Shown piece by piece: positions 13,101-27,332 of a stretch of DNA of 64,000 nucleotides. Both the position numbers and the translations under genes were made by a program. Source of the stretch: the human T2T-CHM13v2.0 reference genome, Homo sapiens. The stretch's first letter is position 1. Each line of letters opens with the position of its first letter. The notes under the pieces were generated by a model that was not told the DNA's origin, did not search any database, and worked only from the letters and a program-made list of their open reading frames with translations. The DNA lies in NCBI RefSeq assembly GCF_009914755.1, contig NC_060946.1, one strand, 5' to 3'.

Positions 13101-16100
13101 TGTAAAAAGAAAGGTTCAACTCTGTTAGTTGAGTACACACATCACAAACAAGTTTCACAGAATGCTTCTTTCTAGCTTGTAGGGGAAGATATTCCCTTTA
13201 TCACCATGGTCCTCAAACCGTCCGAAACGTCCACTTCCATATACTACAAAAAGAGCGTTTCAAACCTGCTCTAGGAAAGGCAATGTTCAACTCTGTGACT
13301 TGAATGCAGACATCACAGAGCAGTTTCTGAGAATGCTTCTGTCTAGATTTTATAGGAAGATATTCCCGTTTCCAACGAAATCTTCACAGCTATCCAAATA
13401 TCCACTTGCAGATTCTACAAAAAGAGTGTATCAAAACTGCTCTGTCAAAAGGAAGGTTCTTCTCTGTTAGGTGAGTGCATACGTCATAAAGGAGTTTCTG
13501 AGAATGTTTCTGTCTAGTGGTTATGGGAAGATATTTGCTTTTTCACCGTAGGCCTCAGAGCGCTCCAAATATCCACTTGCACATACTACAAAAAGAGTGC
13601 CTCAAAGCTGCTCTCTGAAACGGAATGTTCAACTCTATGAGTTGAATGCAAACATCACAAAGACGTTTCTGAGAATGCTTCTGTCTAGATTTGATATGAA
13701 GATATTCCCGTTTCCAACGAAATCTTCAAATCTATCCAAATGTCCACTTGCAGATTCAACAAAAAGTGTTTTTCAGAACTGCTGTATCAAAAGAAAGATC
13801 CACGTCTGTTAGCTGAGTTCACACATCACAAACAAGTTTATGAGAATGCTTCTGTCTAGTTTTTATTTGAAGATATTTCCTTTCTCACCATAGACCTGAA
13901 AGCTGTCCTAATGTTCACTTCCAGATACTACAGAAAGAGTGTTTCAAAACTGCTGTACGAAAGGGAATTTTCAACCCTGTGACTTGAATGCACACATCAC
14001 AAAGAAGTTTCTGAGGATGCTGCTGTCTACTTTTTATACGTAATCCCGTTTCCAACGAAATCCTCCAAGCTATCCAAATATCCACTTGCAGATTCCACAG
14101 AAAGACTGTTTCAAAACTGCTCTGTCAATAGAAAGGTTCAACTCTGTTAGCTGCGTGCATATATCCCGAAGAAGATTCTGAGATTGCTTCTGTCTAGTTT
14201 TTATGGGAAGATATTTCCCTTTTCACCGTAGGCGTCAAGGCGCTCCAAATGTCCACTTCCAGATACTACAAAAAGAGTGTTTCAAACCTACTCTGTGAAA
14301 GGGAATATTCAACTCTGTGACTTGAATGCACATATCACAAAGAAGTTTCTGAGAATGCTTCTGTCGAGATTTTATATGAAGATATTCCCGTTTCCAACGA
14401 AATCCTGAAATCTATCCAAATATCCCCTCGCAGATTCTACAAAAAGAGTGTTTCAAAACTGCTCTGTAAAAAGAAAGGTTCAACTCTGTTAGTTGAGTAC
14501 ACACATCACAAACAAGTTTCACAGAATGCTTCTTTCTAGCTTGTAGGGGAAGATATTCCCTTTATCACCATGGGCCTCCAAACGTCCGAAACGTCCACTT
14601 CCATATACTACAAAAAGAGCGTTTCAAACCTGCTCTAGGAAAGGCAATGTTCAACTCTGTGACTTGAATGCAGACATCACAGAGCAGTTTCTGAGAATGC
14701 TTCTGTCTAGATTTTATAGGAAGATATTCCCGTTTCCAACGAAATCTTCACAGCTATCCAAATATCCACTTGCAGATTCTACAAAAAGAGTGTATCAAAA
14801 CTGCTCTGTCAAAAGGAAGGTTCTTCTCTGTTAGGTGAGTGCATACGTCATAAAGGAGTTTCTGAGAATGTTTCTGTCTAGTGGTTATGGGAAGATATTT
14901 GCTTTTTCACCGTAGGCCTCAGAGCGCTCCAAATATCCACTTGCACATACTACAAAAAGAGTGCCTCAAAGCTGCTCTCTGAAACGGAATGTTCAACTCT
15001 ATGAGTTGAATGCAAACATCACAAAGACGTTTCTGAGAATGCTTCTGTCTAGATTTGATATGAAGATATTCCCGTTTCCAACGAAATCTTCAAATCTATC
15101 CAAATGTCCACTTGCAGATTCAACAAAAAGTGTTTTTCAGAACTGCTCTATCAAAAGAAAGATCCACCTCTGTTAGCTGAGTTCACACATCACAAACAAG
15201 TTTATGAGAATGCTTCTGTCTAGTTTTTATTTGAAGATATTTCCTTTCTCACCATAGACCTGAAAGCTGTCCTAATGTTCACTTCCAGATACTACAGAAA
15301 GAGTGTTTCAAAACTGCTGTACGAAAGGGAATGTTCAACTCTGTGACTTGAATGCACACATCACAAAGAAGTTTCTGAGGATGCTGCTGTCTACTTTTTA
15401 TACGTAATCCCGTTTCCAACGAAATCCTCCAAGCTATCCAAATATCCACTTGCAGATTCCACAGAAAGACTGTTTCAAAACTGCTCTGTCAATAGAAAGG
15501 TTCAACTCTGTTAGCTGCGTGCATATATCCCAAAGAAGATTCTGAGATTGCTTCTGTCTAGTTTTTATGGGAAGATATTTCCCTTTTCACCGTAGGCGTC
15601 AAGGCGCTCCAAATGTCCACTTCCAGATACTACAAAAAGAGTGTTTCAAACCTACTCTGTGAAAGGGAATATTCAACTCTGTGACTTGAATGCACATATC
15701 ACAAAGAAGTTTCTGAGAATGCTTCTGTCGAGATTTTATATGAAGATATTCCCGTTTCCAACGAAATCCTGAAATCTATCCAAATATCCCCTCGCAGATT
15801 CTACAAAAAGAGTGTTTCAAAACTGCTCTGTAAAAAGAAAGGTTCAACTCTGTTAGTTGAGTACACACATCACAAACAAGTTTCACAGAATGCTTCTTTC
15901 TAGCTTGTAGGGGAAGATATTCCCTTTATCACCATGGGCCTCCAAACGTCCGAAACGTCCACTTCCATATACTACAAAAAGAGCGTTTCAAACCTGCTCT
16001 AGGAAAGGCAATGTTCAACTCTGTGACTTGAATGCAGACATCACAGAGCAGTTTCTGAGAATGCTTCTGTCTAGATTTTATAGGAAGATATTCCCGTTTC

Positions 16101-19100
16101 CAACGAAATCTTCACAGCTATCCAAATATCCACTTGCAGATTCTACAAAAAGAGTGTATCAAAACTGCTCTGTCAAAAGGAAGGTTCTTCTCTGTTAGGT
16201 GAGTGCATACGTCATAAAGGAGTTTCTGAGAATGTTTCTGTCTAGTGGTTATGGGAAGATATTTGCTTTTTCACCGTAGGCCTCAGAGCGCTCCAAATAT
16301 CCACTTGCACATACTACAAAAAGAGTGCCTCAGAGCTGCTCTCTGAAACGGAATGTTCAACTCTATGAGTTGAATGCAAACATCACAAAGACGTTTCTGA
16401 GAATGCTTCTGTCTAGATTTGATATGAAGATATTCCCGTTTCCAACGAAATCTTCAAATCTATCCAAATGTCCACTTGCAGATTCAACAAAAAGTGTTTT
16501 TCAGAACTGCTCTATCAAAAGAAAGATCCACCTCTGTTAGCTGAGTTCACACATCACAAACAAGTTTATGAGAATGCTTCTGTCTAGTTTTTATTTGAAG
16601 ATATTTCCTTTCTCACCATAGACCTGAAAGCTGTCCTAATGTTCACTTCCAGATACTACAGAAAGAGTGTTTCAAAACTGCTGTACGAAAGGGAATGTTC
16701 AACTCTGTGACTTGAATGCACACATCACAAAGAAGTTTCTGAGGATGCTGCTGTCTACTTTTTATACGTAATCCCGTTTCCAACGAAATCCTCCAAGCTA
16801 TCCAAATATCCACTTGCAGATTCCACAGAAAGACTGTTTCAAAACTGCTCTGTCAATAGAAAGGTTCAACTCTGTTAGCTGCGTGCATATATCCCAAAGA
16901 AGATTCTGAGATTCCTTCTGTCTAGTTTTTATGGGAAGATATTTCCCTTTTCACCGTAGGCGTCAAGGCGCTCCAAATGTCCACTTCCAGATACTACAAA
17001 AAGAGTGTTTCAAACCTACTCTGTGAAAGCGAATATTCAACTCTGTGACTTGAATGCACATATCACAAAGAAGTTTCTGAGAATGCTTCTGTCGAGATTT
17101 TATATGAAGATATTCCCGTTTCCAACGAAATCCTGAAATCTATCCAAATATCCCCTCGCAGATTCTACAAAAAGAGTGTTTCAAAACTGCTCTGTAAAAA
17201 GAAAGGTTCAACTCTGTTAGTTGAGTACACACATCACAAACAAGTTTCACAGAATGCTTCTTTCTAGCTTGTAGGGGAAGATATTCCCTTTATCACCATG
17301 GTCCTCAAACCGTCCGAAACGTCCACTTCCATATACTACAAAAAGAGCGTTTCAAACCTGCTCTAGGAAAGGCAATGTTCAACTCTGTGACTTGAATGCA
17401 GACATCACAGAGCAGTTTCTGAGAATGCTTCTGTCTAGATTTTATAGGAAGATATTCCCGTTTCCAACGAAATCTTCACAGCTATCCAAATATCCACTTG
17501 CAGATTCTACAAAAAGAGTGTATCAAAACTGCTCTGTCAAAAGGAAGGTTCTTCTCTGTTAGGTGAGTGCATACGTCATAAAGGAGTTTCTGAGAATGTT
17601 TCTGTCTAGTGGTTATGGGAAGATATTTGCTTTTTCACCGTAGGCCTCAGAGCGCTCCAAATATCCACTTGCACATACTACAAAAAGAGTGCCTCAAAGC
17701 TGCTCTCTGAAACGGAATGTTCAACTCTATGAGTTGAATGCAAACATCACAAAGACGTTTCTGAGAATGCTTCTGTCTAGATTTGATATGAAGATATTCC
17801 CGTTTCCAACGAAATCTTCAAATCTATCCAAATGTCCACTTGCAGATTCAACAAAAAGTGTTTTTCAGAACTGCTCTATCAAAAGAAAGATCCACCTCTG
17901 TTAGCTGAGTTCACACATCACAAACAAGTTTATGAGAATGCTTCTGTCTAGTTTTTATTTGAAGATATTGCCTTTCTCACCATAGACCTGAAAGCTGTCC
18001 TAATGTTCACTTCCAGATACTACAGAAAGAGTGTTTCAAAACTGCTGTACGAAAGGGAATGTTCAACTCTGTGACTTGAATGCACACATCACAAAGAAGT
18101 TTCTGAGGATGCTGCTGTCTACTTTTTATACGTAATCCCGTTTCCAACGAAATCCTCCAAGCTATCCAAATATCCACTTGCAGATTCCACAGAAAGACTG
18201 TTTCAAAACTGCTCTGTCAATAGAAAGGTTCAACTCTGTTAGCTGCGTGCATATATCCCAAAGAAGATTCTGAGATTGCTTCTGTCTAGTTTTTATGGGA
18301 AGATATTTCCCTTTTCACCGTAGGCGTCAAGGCGCTCCAAATGTCCACTTCCAGATACTACAAAAAGAGTGTTTCAAACCTACTCTGTGAAAGGGAATAT
18401 TCAACTCTGTGACTTGAATGCACATATCACAAAGAAGTTTCTGAGAATGCTTCTGTCGAGATTTTATATGAAGATATTCCCGTTTCCAACGAAATCCTGA
18501 AATCTATCCAAATATCCCCTCGCAGATTCTACAAAAAGAGTGTTTCAAAACTGCTCTGTAAAAAGAAAGGTTCAACTCTGTTAGTTGAGTACACACATCA
18601 CAAACAAGTTTCACAGAATGCTTCTTTCTAGCTTGTAGGGGAAGATATTCCCTTTATCACCATGGGCCTCCAAACGTCCGAAACGTCCACTTCCATATAC
18701 TACAAAAAGAGCGTTTCAAACCTGCTCTAGGAAAGGCAATGTTCAACTCTGTGACTTGAATGCAGACATCACAGAGCAGTTTCTGAGAATGCTTCTGTCT
18801 AGATTTTATAGGAAGATATTCCCGTTTCCAACGAAATCTTCACAGCTATCCAAATATCCACTTGCAGATTCTACAAAAAGAGTGTATCAAAACTGCTCTG
18901 TCAAAAGGAAGGTTCTTCTCTGTTAGGTGAGTGCATACGTCATAAAGGAGTTTCTGAGAATGTTTCTGTCTAGTGGTTATGGGAAGATATTTGCTTTTTC
19001 ACCGTAGGCCTCAGAGCGCTCCAAATATCCACTTGCACATACTACAAAAAGAGTGCCTCAAAGCTGCTCTCTGAAACGGAATGTTCAACTCTATGAGTTG

Positions 19101-22100
19101 AATGCAAACATCACAAAGACGTTTCTGAGAATGCTTCTGTCTAGATTTGATATGAAGATATTCCCGTTTCCAACGAAATCTTCAAATCTATCCAAATGTC
19201 CACTTGCAGATTCAACAAAAAGTGTTTTTCAGAACTGCTGTATCAAAAGAAAGATCCACGTCTGTTAGCTGAGTTCACACATCACAAACAAGTTTATGAG
19301 AATGCTTCTGTCTAGTTTTTATTTGAAGATATTTCCTTTCTCACCATAGACCTGAAAGCTGTCCTAATGTTCACTTCCAGATACTACAGAAAGAGTGTTT
19401 CAAAACTGCTGTACGAAAGGGAATTTTCAACCCTGTGACTTGAATGCACACATCACAAAGAAGTTTCTGAGGATGCTGCTGTCTACTTTTTATACGTAAT
19501 CCCGTTTCCAACGAAATCCTCCAAGCTATCCAAATATCCACTTGCAGATTCCACAGAAAGACTGTTTCAAAACTGCTCTGTCAATAGAAAGGTTCAACTC
19601 TGTTAGCTGCGTGCATATATCCCAAAGAAGATTCTGAGATTGCTTCTGTCTAGTTTTTATGGGAAGATATTTCCCTTTTCACCGTAGGCGTCAAGGCGCT
19701 CCAAATGTCCACTTCCAGATACTACAAAAAGAGTGTTTCAAACCTACTCTGTGAAAGGGAATATTCAACTCTGTGACTTGAATGCACATATCACAAAGAA
19801 GTTTCTGAGAATGCTTCTGTCGAGATTTTATATGAAGATATTCCCGTTTCCAACGAAATCCTGAAATCTATCCAAATATCCCCTCGCAGATTCTACAAAA
19901 AGAGTGTTTCAAAACTGCTCTGTAAAAAGAAAGGTTCAACTCTGTTAGTTGAGTACACACATCACAAACAAGTTTCACAGAATGCTTCTTTCTAGCTTGT
20001 AGGGGAAGATATTCCCTTTATCACCATGGGCCTCCAAACGTCCGAAACGTCCACTTCCATATACTACAAAAAGAGCGTTTCAAACCTGCTCTAGGAAAGG
20101 CAATGTTCAACTCTGTGACTTGAATGCAGACATCACAGAGCAGTTTCTGAGAATGCTTCTGTCTAGATTTTATAGGAAGATATTCCCGTTTCCAACGAAA
20201 TCTTCACAGCTATCCAAATATCCACTTGCAGATTCTACAAAAAGAGTGTATCAAAACTGCTCTGTCAAAAGGAAGGTTCTTCTCTGTTAGGTGAGTGCAT
20301 ACGTCATAAAGGAGTTTCTGAGAATGTTTCTGTCTAGTGGTTATGGGAAGATATTTGCTTTTTCACCGTAGGCCTCAGAGCGCTCCAAATATCCACTTGC
20401 ACATACTACAAAAAGAGTGCCTCAGAGCTGCTCTCTGAAACGGAATGTTCAACTCTATGAGTTGAATGCAAACATCACAAAGACGTTTCTGAGAATGCTT
20501 CTGTCTAGATTTGATATGAAGATATTCCCGTTTCCAACGAAATCTTCAAATCTATCCAAATGTCCACTTGCAGATTCAACAAAAAGTGTTTTTCAGAACT
20601 GCTGTATCAAAAGAAAGATCCACGTCTGTTAGCTGAGTTCACACATCACAAACAAGTTTATGAGAATGCTTCTGTCTAGTTTTTATTTGAAGATATTTCC
20701 TTTCTCACCATAGACCTGAAAGCTGTCCTAATGTTCACTTCCAGATACTACAGAAAGAGTGTTTCAAAACTGCTGTACGAAAGGGAATTTTCAACCCTGT
20801 GACTTGAATGCACACATCACAAAGAAGTTTCTGAGGATGCTGCTGTCTACTTTTTATACGTAATCCCGTTTCCAACGAAATCCTCCAAGCTATCCAAATA
20901 TCCACTTGCAGATTCCACAGAAAGACTGTTTCAAAACTGCTCTGTCAATAGAAAGGTTCAACTCTGTTAGCTGCGTGCATATATCCCAAAGAAGATTCTG
21001 AGATTGCTTCTGTCTAGTTTTTATGGGAAGATATTTCCCTTTTCACCGTAGGCGTCAAGGCGCTCCAAATGTCCACTTCCAGATACTACAAAAAGAGTGT
21101 TTCAAACCTACTCTGTGAAAGGGAATATTCAACTCTGTGACTTGAATGCACATATCACAAAGAAGTTTCTGAGAATGCTTCTGTCGAGATTTTATATGAA
21201 GATATTCCCGTTTCCAACGAAATCCTGAAATCTATCCAAATATCCCCTCGCAGATTCTACAAAAAGAGTGTTTCAAAACTGCTCTGTAAAAAGAAAGGTT
21301 CAACTCTGTTAGTTGAGTACACACATCACAAACAAGTTTCACAGAATGCTTCTTTCTAGCTTGTAGGGGAAGATATTCCCTTTATCACCATGGGCCTCCA
21401 AACGTCCGAAACGTCCACTTCCATATACTACAAAAAGAGCGTTTCAAACCTGCTCTAGGAAAGGCAATGTTCAACTCTGTGACTTGAATGCAGACATCAC
21501 AGAGCAGTTTCTGAGAATGCTTCTGTCTAGATTTTATAGGAAGATATTCCCGTTTCCAACGAAATCTTCACAGCTATCCAAATATCCACTTGCAGATTCT
21601 ACAAAAAGAGTGTATCAAAACTGCTCTGTCAAAAGGAAGGTTCTTCTCTGTTAGGTGAGTGCATACGTCATAAAGGAGTTTCTGAGAATGTTTCTGTCTA
21701 GTGGTTATGGGAAGATATTTGCTTTTTCACCGTAGGCCTCAGAGCGCTCCAAATATCCACTTGCACATACTACAAAAAGAGTGCCTCAGAGCTGCTCTCT
21801 GAAACGGAATGTTCAACTCTATGAGTTGAATGCAAACATCACAAAGACGTTTCTGAGAATGCTTCTGTCTAGATTTGATATGAAGATATTCCCGTTTCCA
21901 ACGAAATCTTCAAATCTATCCAAATGTCCACTTGCAGATTCAACAAAAAGTGTTTTTCAGAACTGCTCTATCAAAAGAAAGATCCACCTCTGTTAGCTGA
22001 GTTCACACATCACAAACAAGTTTATGAGAATGCTTCTGTCTAGTTTTTATTTGAAGATATTTCCTTTCTCACCATAGACCTGAAAGCTGTCCTAATGTTC

Positions 22101-25100
22101 ACTTCCAGATACTACAGAAAGAGTGTTTCAAAACTGCTGTACGAAAGGGAATGTTCAACTCTGTGACTTGAATGCACACATCACAAAGAAGTTTCTGAGG
22201 ATGCTGCTGTCTACTTTTTATACGTAATCCCGTTTCCAACGAAATCCTCCAAGCTATCCAAATATCCACTTGCAGATTCCACAGAAAGACTGTTTCAAAA
22301 CTGCTCTGTCAATAGAAAGGTTCAACTCTGTTAGCTGCGTGCATATATCCCGAAGAAGATTCTGAGATTCCTTCTGTCTAGTTTTTATGGGAAGATATTT
22401 CCCTTTTCACCGTAGGCGTCAAGGCGCTCCAAATGTCCACTTCCAGATACTACAAAAAGAGTGTTTCAAACCTACTCTGTGAAAGCGAATATTCAACTCT
22501 GTGACTTGAATGCACATATCACAAAGAAGTTTCTGAGAATGCTTCTGTCGAGATTTTATATGAAGATATTCCCGTTTCCAACGAAATCCTGAAATCTATC
22601 CAAATATCCCCTCGCAGATTCTACAAAAAGAGTGTTTCAAAACTGCTCTGTAAAAAGAAAGGTTCAACTCTGTTAGTTGAGTACACACATCACAAACAAG
22701 TTTCACAGAATGCTTCTTTCTAGCTTGTAGGGGAAGATATTCCCTTTATCACCATGGTCCTCAAACCGTCCGAAACGTCCACTTCCATATACTACAAAAA
22801 GAGCGTTTCAAACCTGCTCTAGGAAAGGCAATGTTCAACTCTGTGACTTGAATGCAGACATCACAGAGCAGTTTCTGAGAATGCTTCTGTCTAGATTTTA
22901 TAGGAAGATATTCCCGTTTCCAACGAAATCTTCACAGCTATCCAAATATCCACTTGCAGATTCTACAAAAAGAGTGTATCAAAACTGCTCTGTCAAAAGG
23001 AAGGTTCTTCTCTGTTAGGTGAGTGCATACGTCATAAAGGAGTTTCTGAGAATGTTTCTGTCTAGTGGTTATGGGAAGATATTTGCTTTTTCACCGTAGG
23101 CCTCAGAGCGCTCCAAATATCCACTTGCACATACTACAAAAAGAGTGCCTCAAAGCTGCTCTCTGAAACGGAATGTTCAACTCTATGAGTTGAATGCAAA
23201 CATCACAAAGACGTTTCTGAGAATGCTTCTGTCTAGATTTGATATGAAGATATTCCCGTTTCCAACGAAATCTTCAAATCTATCCAAATGTCCACTTGCA
23301 GATTCAACAAAAAGTGTTTTTCAGAACTGCTGTATCAAAAGAAAGATCCACGTCTGTTAGCTGAGTTCACACATCACAAACAAGTTTATGAGAATGCTTC
23401 TGTCTAGTTTTTATTTGAAGATATTTCCTTTCTCACCATAGACCTGAAAGCTGTCCTAATGTTCACTTCCAGATACTACAGAAAGAGTGTTTCAAAACTG
23501 CTGTACGCAAGGGAATTTTCAACCCTGTGACTTGAATGCACACATCACAAAGAAGTTTCTGAGGATGCTGCTGTCTACTTTTTATACGTAATCCCGTTTC
23601 CAACGAAATCCTCCAAGCTATCCAAATATCCACTTGCAGATTCCACAGAAAGACTGTTTCAAAACTGCTCTGTCAATAGAAAGGTTCAACTCTGTTAGCT
23701 GCGTGCATATATCCCGAAGAAGATTCTGAGATTGCTTCTGTCTAGTTTTTATGGGAAGATATTTCCCTTTTCACCGTAGGCGTCAAGGCGCTCCAAATGT
23801 CCACTTCCAGATACTACAAAAAGAGTGTTTCAAACCTACTCTGTGAAAGCGAATATTCAACTCTGTGACTTGAATGCACATATCACAAAGAAGTTTCTGA
23901 GAATGCTTCTGTCGAGATTTTATATGAAGATATTCCCGTTTCCAACGAAATCCTGAAATCTATCCAAATATCCCCTCGCAGATTCTACAAAAAGAGTGTT
24001 TCAAAACTGCTCTGTAAAAAGAAAGGTTCAACTCTGTTAGTTGAGTACACACATCACAAACAAGTTTCACAGAATGCTTCTTTCTAGCTTGTAGGGGAAG
24101 ATATTCCCTTTATCACCATGGTCCTCAAACCGTCCGAAACGTCCACTTCCATATACTACAAAAAGAGCGTTTCAAACCTGCTCTAGGAAAGGCAATGTTC
24201 AACTCTGTGACTTGAATGCAGACATCACAGAGCAGTTTCTGAGAATGCTTCTGTCTAGATTTTATAGGAAGATATTCCCGTTTCCAACGAAATCTTCACA
24301 GCTATCCAAATATCCACTTGCAGATTCTACAAAAAGAGTGTATCAAAACTGCTCTGTCAAAAGGAAGGTTCTTCTCTGTTAGGTGAGTGCATACGTCATA
24401 AAGGAGTTTCTGAGAATGTTTCTGTCTAGTGGTTATGGGAAGATATTTGCTTTTTCACCGTAGGCCTCAGAGCGCTCCAAATATCCACTTGCACATACTA
24501 CAAAAAGAGTGCCTCAGAGCTGCTCTCTGAAACGGAATGTTCAACTCTATGAGTTGAATGCAAACATCACAAAGACGTTTCTGAGAATGCTTCTGTCTAG
24601 ATTTGATATGAAGATATTCCCGTTTCCAACGAAATCTTCAAATCTATCCAAATGTCCACTTGCAGATTCAACAAAAAGTGTTTTTCAGAACTGCTCTATC
24701 AAAAGAAAGATCCACCTCTGTTAGCTGAGTTCACACATCACAAACAAGTTTATGAGAATGCTTCTGTCTAGTTTTTATTTGAAGATATTTCCTTTCTCAC
24801 CATAGACCTGAAAGCTGTCCTAATGTTCACTTCCAGATACTACAGAAAGAGTGTTTCAAAACTGCTGTACGAAAGGGAATTTTCAACCCTGTGACTTGAA
24901 TGCACACATCACAAAGAAGTTTCTGAGGATGCTGCTGTCTACTTTTTATACGTAATCCCGTTTCCAACGAAATCCTCCAAGCTATCCAAATATCCACTTG
25001 CAGATTCCACAGAAAGACTGTTTCAAAACTGCTCTGTCAATAGAAAGGTTCAACTCTGTTAGCTGCGTGCATATATCCCGAAGAAGATTCTGAGATTGCT

Positions 25101-27332
25101 TCTGTCTAGTTTTTATGGGAAGATATTTCCCTTTTCACCGTAGGCGTCAAGGCGCTCCAAATGTCCACTTCCAGATACTACAAAAAGAGTGTTTCAAACC
25201 TACTCTGTGAAAGGGAATATTCAACTCTGTGACTTGAATGCACATATCACAAAGAAGTTTCTGAGAATGCTTCTGTCGAGATTTTATATGAAGATATTCC
25301 CGTTTCCAACGAAATCCTGAAATCTATCCAAATATCCCCTCGCAGATTCTACAAAAAGAGTGTTTCAAAACTGCTCTGTAAAAAGAAAGGTTCAACTCTG
25401 TTAGTTGAGTACACACATCACAAACAAGTTTCACAGAATGCTTCTTTCTAGCTTGTAGGGGAAGATATTCCCTTTATCACCATGGGCCTCCAAACGTCCG
25501 AAACGTCCACTTCCATATACTACAAAAAGAGCGTTTCAAACCTGCTCTAGGAAAGGCAATGTTCAACTCTGTGACTTGAATGCAGACATCACAGAGCAGT
25601 TTCTGAGAATGCTTCTGTCTAGATTTTATAGGAAGATATTCCCGTTTCCAACGAAATCTTCACAGCTATCCAAATATCCACTTGCAGATTCTACAAAAAG
25701 AGTGTATCAAAACTGCTCTGTCAAAAGGAAGGTTCTTCTCTGTTAGGTGAGTGCATACGTCATAAAGGAGTTTCTGAGAATGTTTCTGTCTAGTGGTTAT
25801 GGGAAGATATTTGCTTTTTCACCGTAGGCCTCAGAGCGCTCCAAATATCCACTTGCACATACTACAAAAAGAGTGCCTCAGAGCTGCTCTCTGAAACGGA
25901 ATGTTCAACTCTATGAGTTGAATGCAAACATCACAAAGACGTTTCTGAGAATGCTTCTGTCTAGATTTGATATGAAGATATTCCCGTTTCCAACGAAATC
26001 TTCAAATCTATCCAAATGTCCACTTGCAGATTCAACAAAAAGTGTTTTTCAGAACTGCTCTATCAAAAGAAAGATCCACCTCTGTTAGCTGAGTTCACAC
26101 ATCACAAACAAGTTTATGAGAATGCTTCTGTCTAGTTTTTATTTGAAGATATTTCCTTTCTCACCATAGACCTGAAAGCTGTCCTAATGTTCACTTCCAG
26201 ATACTACAGAAAGAGTGTTTCAAAACTGCTGTACGAAAGGGAATGTTCAACTCTGTGACTTGAATGCACACATCACAAAGAAGTTTCTGAGGATGCTGCT
26301 GTCTACTTTTTATACGTAATCCCGTTTCCAACGAAATCCTCCAAGCTATCCAAATATCCACTTGCAGATTCCACAGAAAGACTGTTTCAAAACTGCTCTG
26401 TCAATAGAAAGGTTCAACTCTGTTAGCTGCGTGCATATATCCCAAAGAAGATTCTGAGATTCCTTCTGTCTAGTTTTTATGGGAAGATATTTCCCTTTTC
26501 ACCGTAGGCGTCAAGGCGCTCCAAATGTCCACTTCCAGATACTACAAAAAGAGTGTTTCAAACCTACTCTGTGAAAGCGAATATTCAACTCTGTGACTTG
26601 AATGCACATATCACAAAGAAGTTTCTGAGAATGCTTCTGTCGAGATTTTATATGAAGATATTCCCGTTTCCAACGAAATCCTGAAATCTATCCAAATATC
26701 CCCTCGCAGATTCTACAAAAAGAGTGTTTCAAAACTGCTCTGTAAAAAGAAAGGTTCAACTCTGTTAGTTGAGTACACACATCACAAACAAGTTTCACAG
26801 AATGCTTCTTTCTAGCTTGTAGGGGAAGATATTCCCTTTATCACCATGGTCCTCAAACCGTCCGAAACGTCCACTTCCATATACTACAAAAAGAGCGTTT
26901 CAAACCTGCTCTAGGAAAGGCAATGTTCAACTCTGTGACTTGAATGCAGACATCACAGAGCAGTTTCTGAGAATGCTTCTGTCTAGATTTTATAGGAAGA
27001 TATTCCCGTTTCCAACGAAATCTTCACAGCTATCCAAATATCCACTTGCAGATTCTACAAAAAGAGTGTATCAAAACTGCTCTGTCAAAAGGAAGGTTCT
27101 TCTCTGTTAGGTGAGTGCATACGTCATAAAGGAGTTTCTGAGAATGTTTCTGTCTAGTGGTTATGGGAAGATATTTGCTTTTTCACCGTAGGCCTCAGAG
27201 CGCTCCAAATATCCACTTGCACATACTACAAAAAGAGTGCCTCAAAGCTGCTCTCTGAAACGGAATGTTCAACTCTATGAGTTGAATGCAAACATCACAA
27301 AGACGTTTCTGAGAATGCTTCTGTCTAGATTT

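Larger units (their letters stand above)
1..13209. repeat. Local 6820-bp (5-HOR) tandem duplication built from alternating A/B HOR haplotypes
   Basis: Haplotype order A-B-A-B-A* occurs twice. The rare allele cccGaag is at 5984 and 12804 (6820 apart). The first difference between copies is at 6390 versus 13210. Confidence 0.8.
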
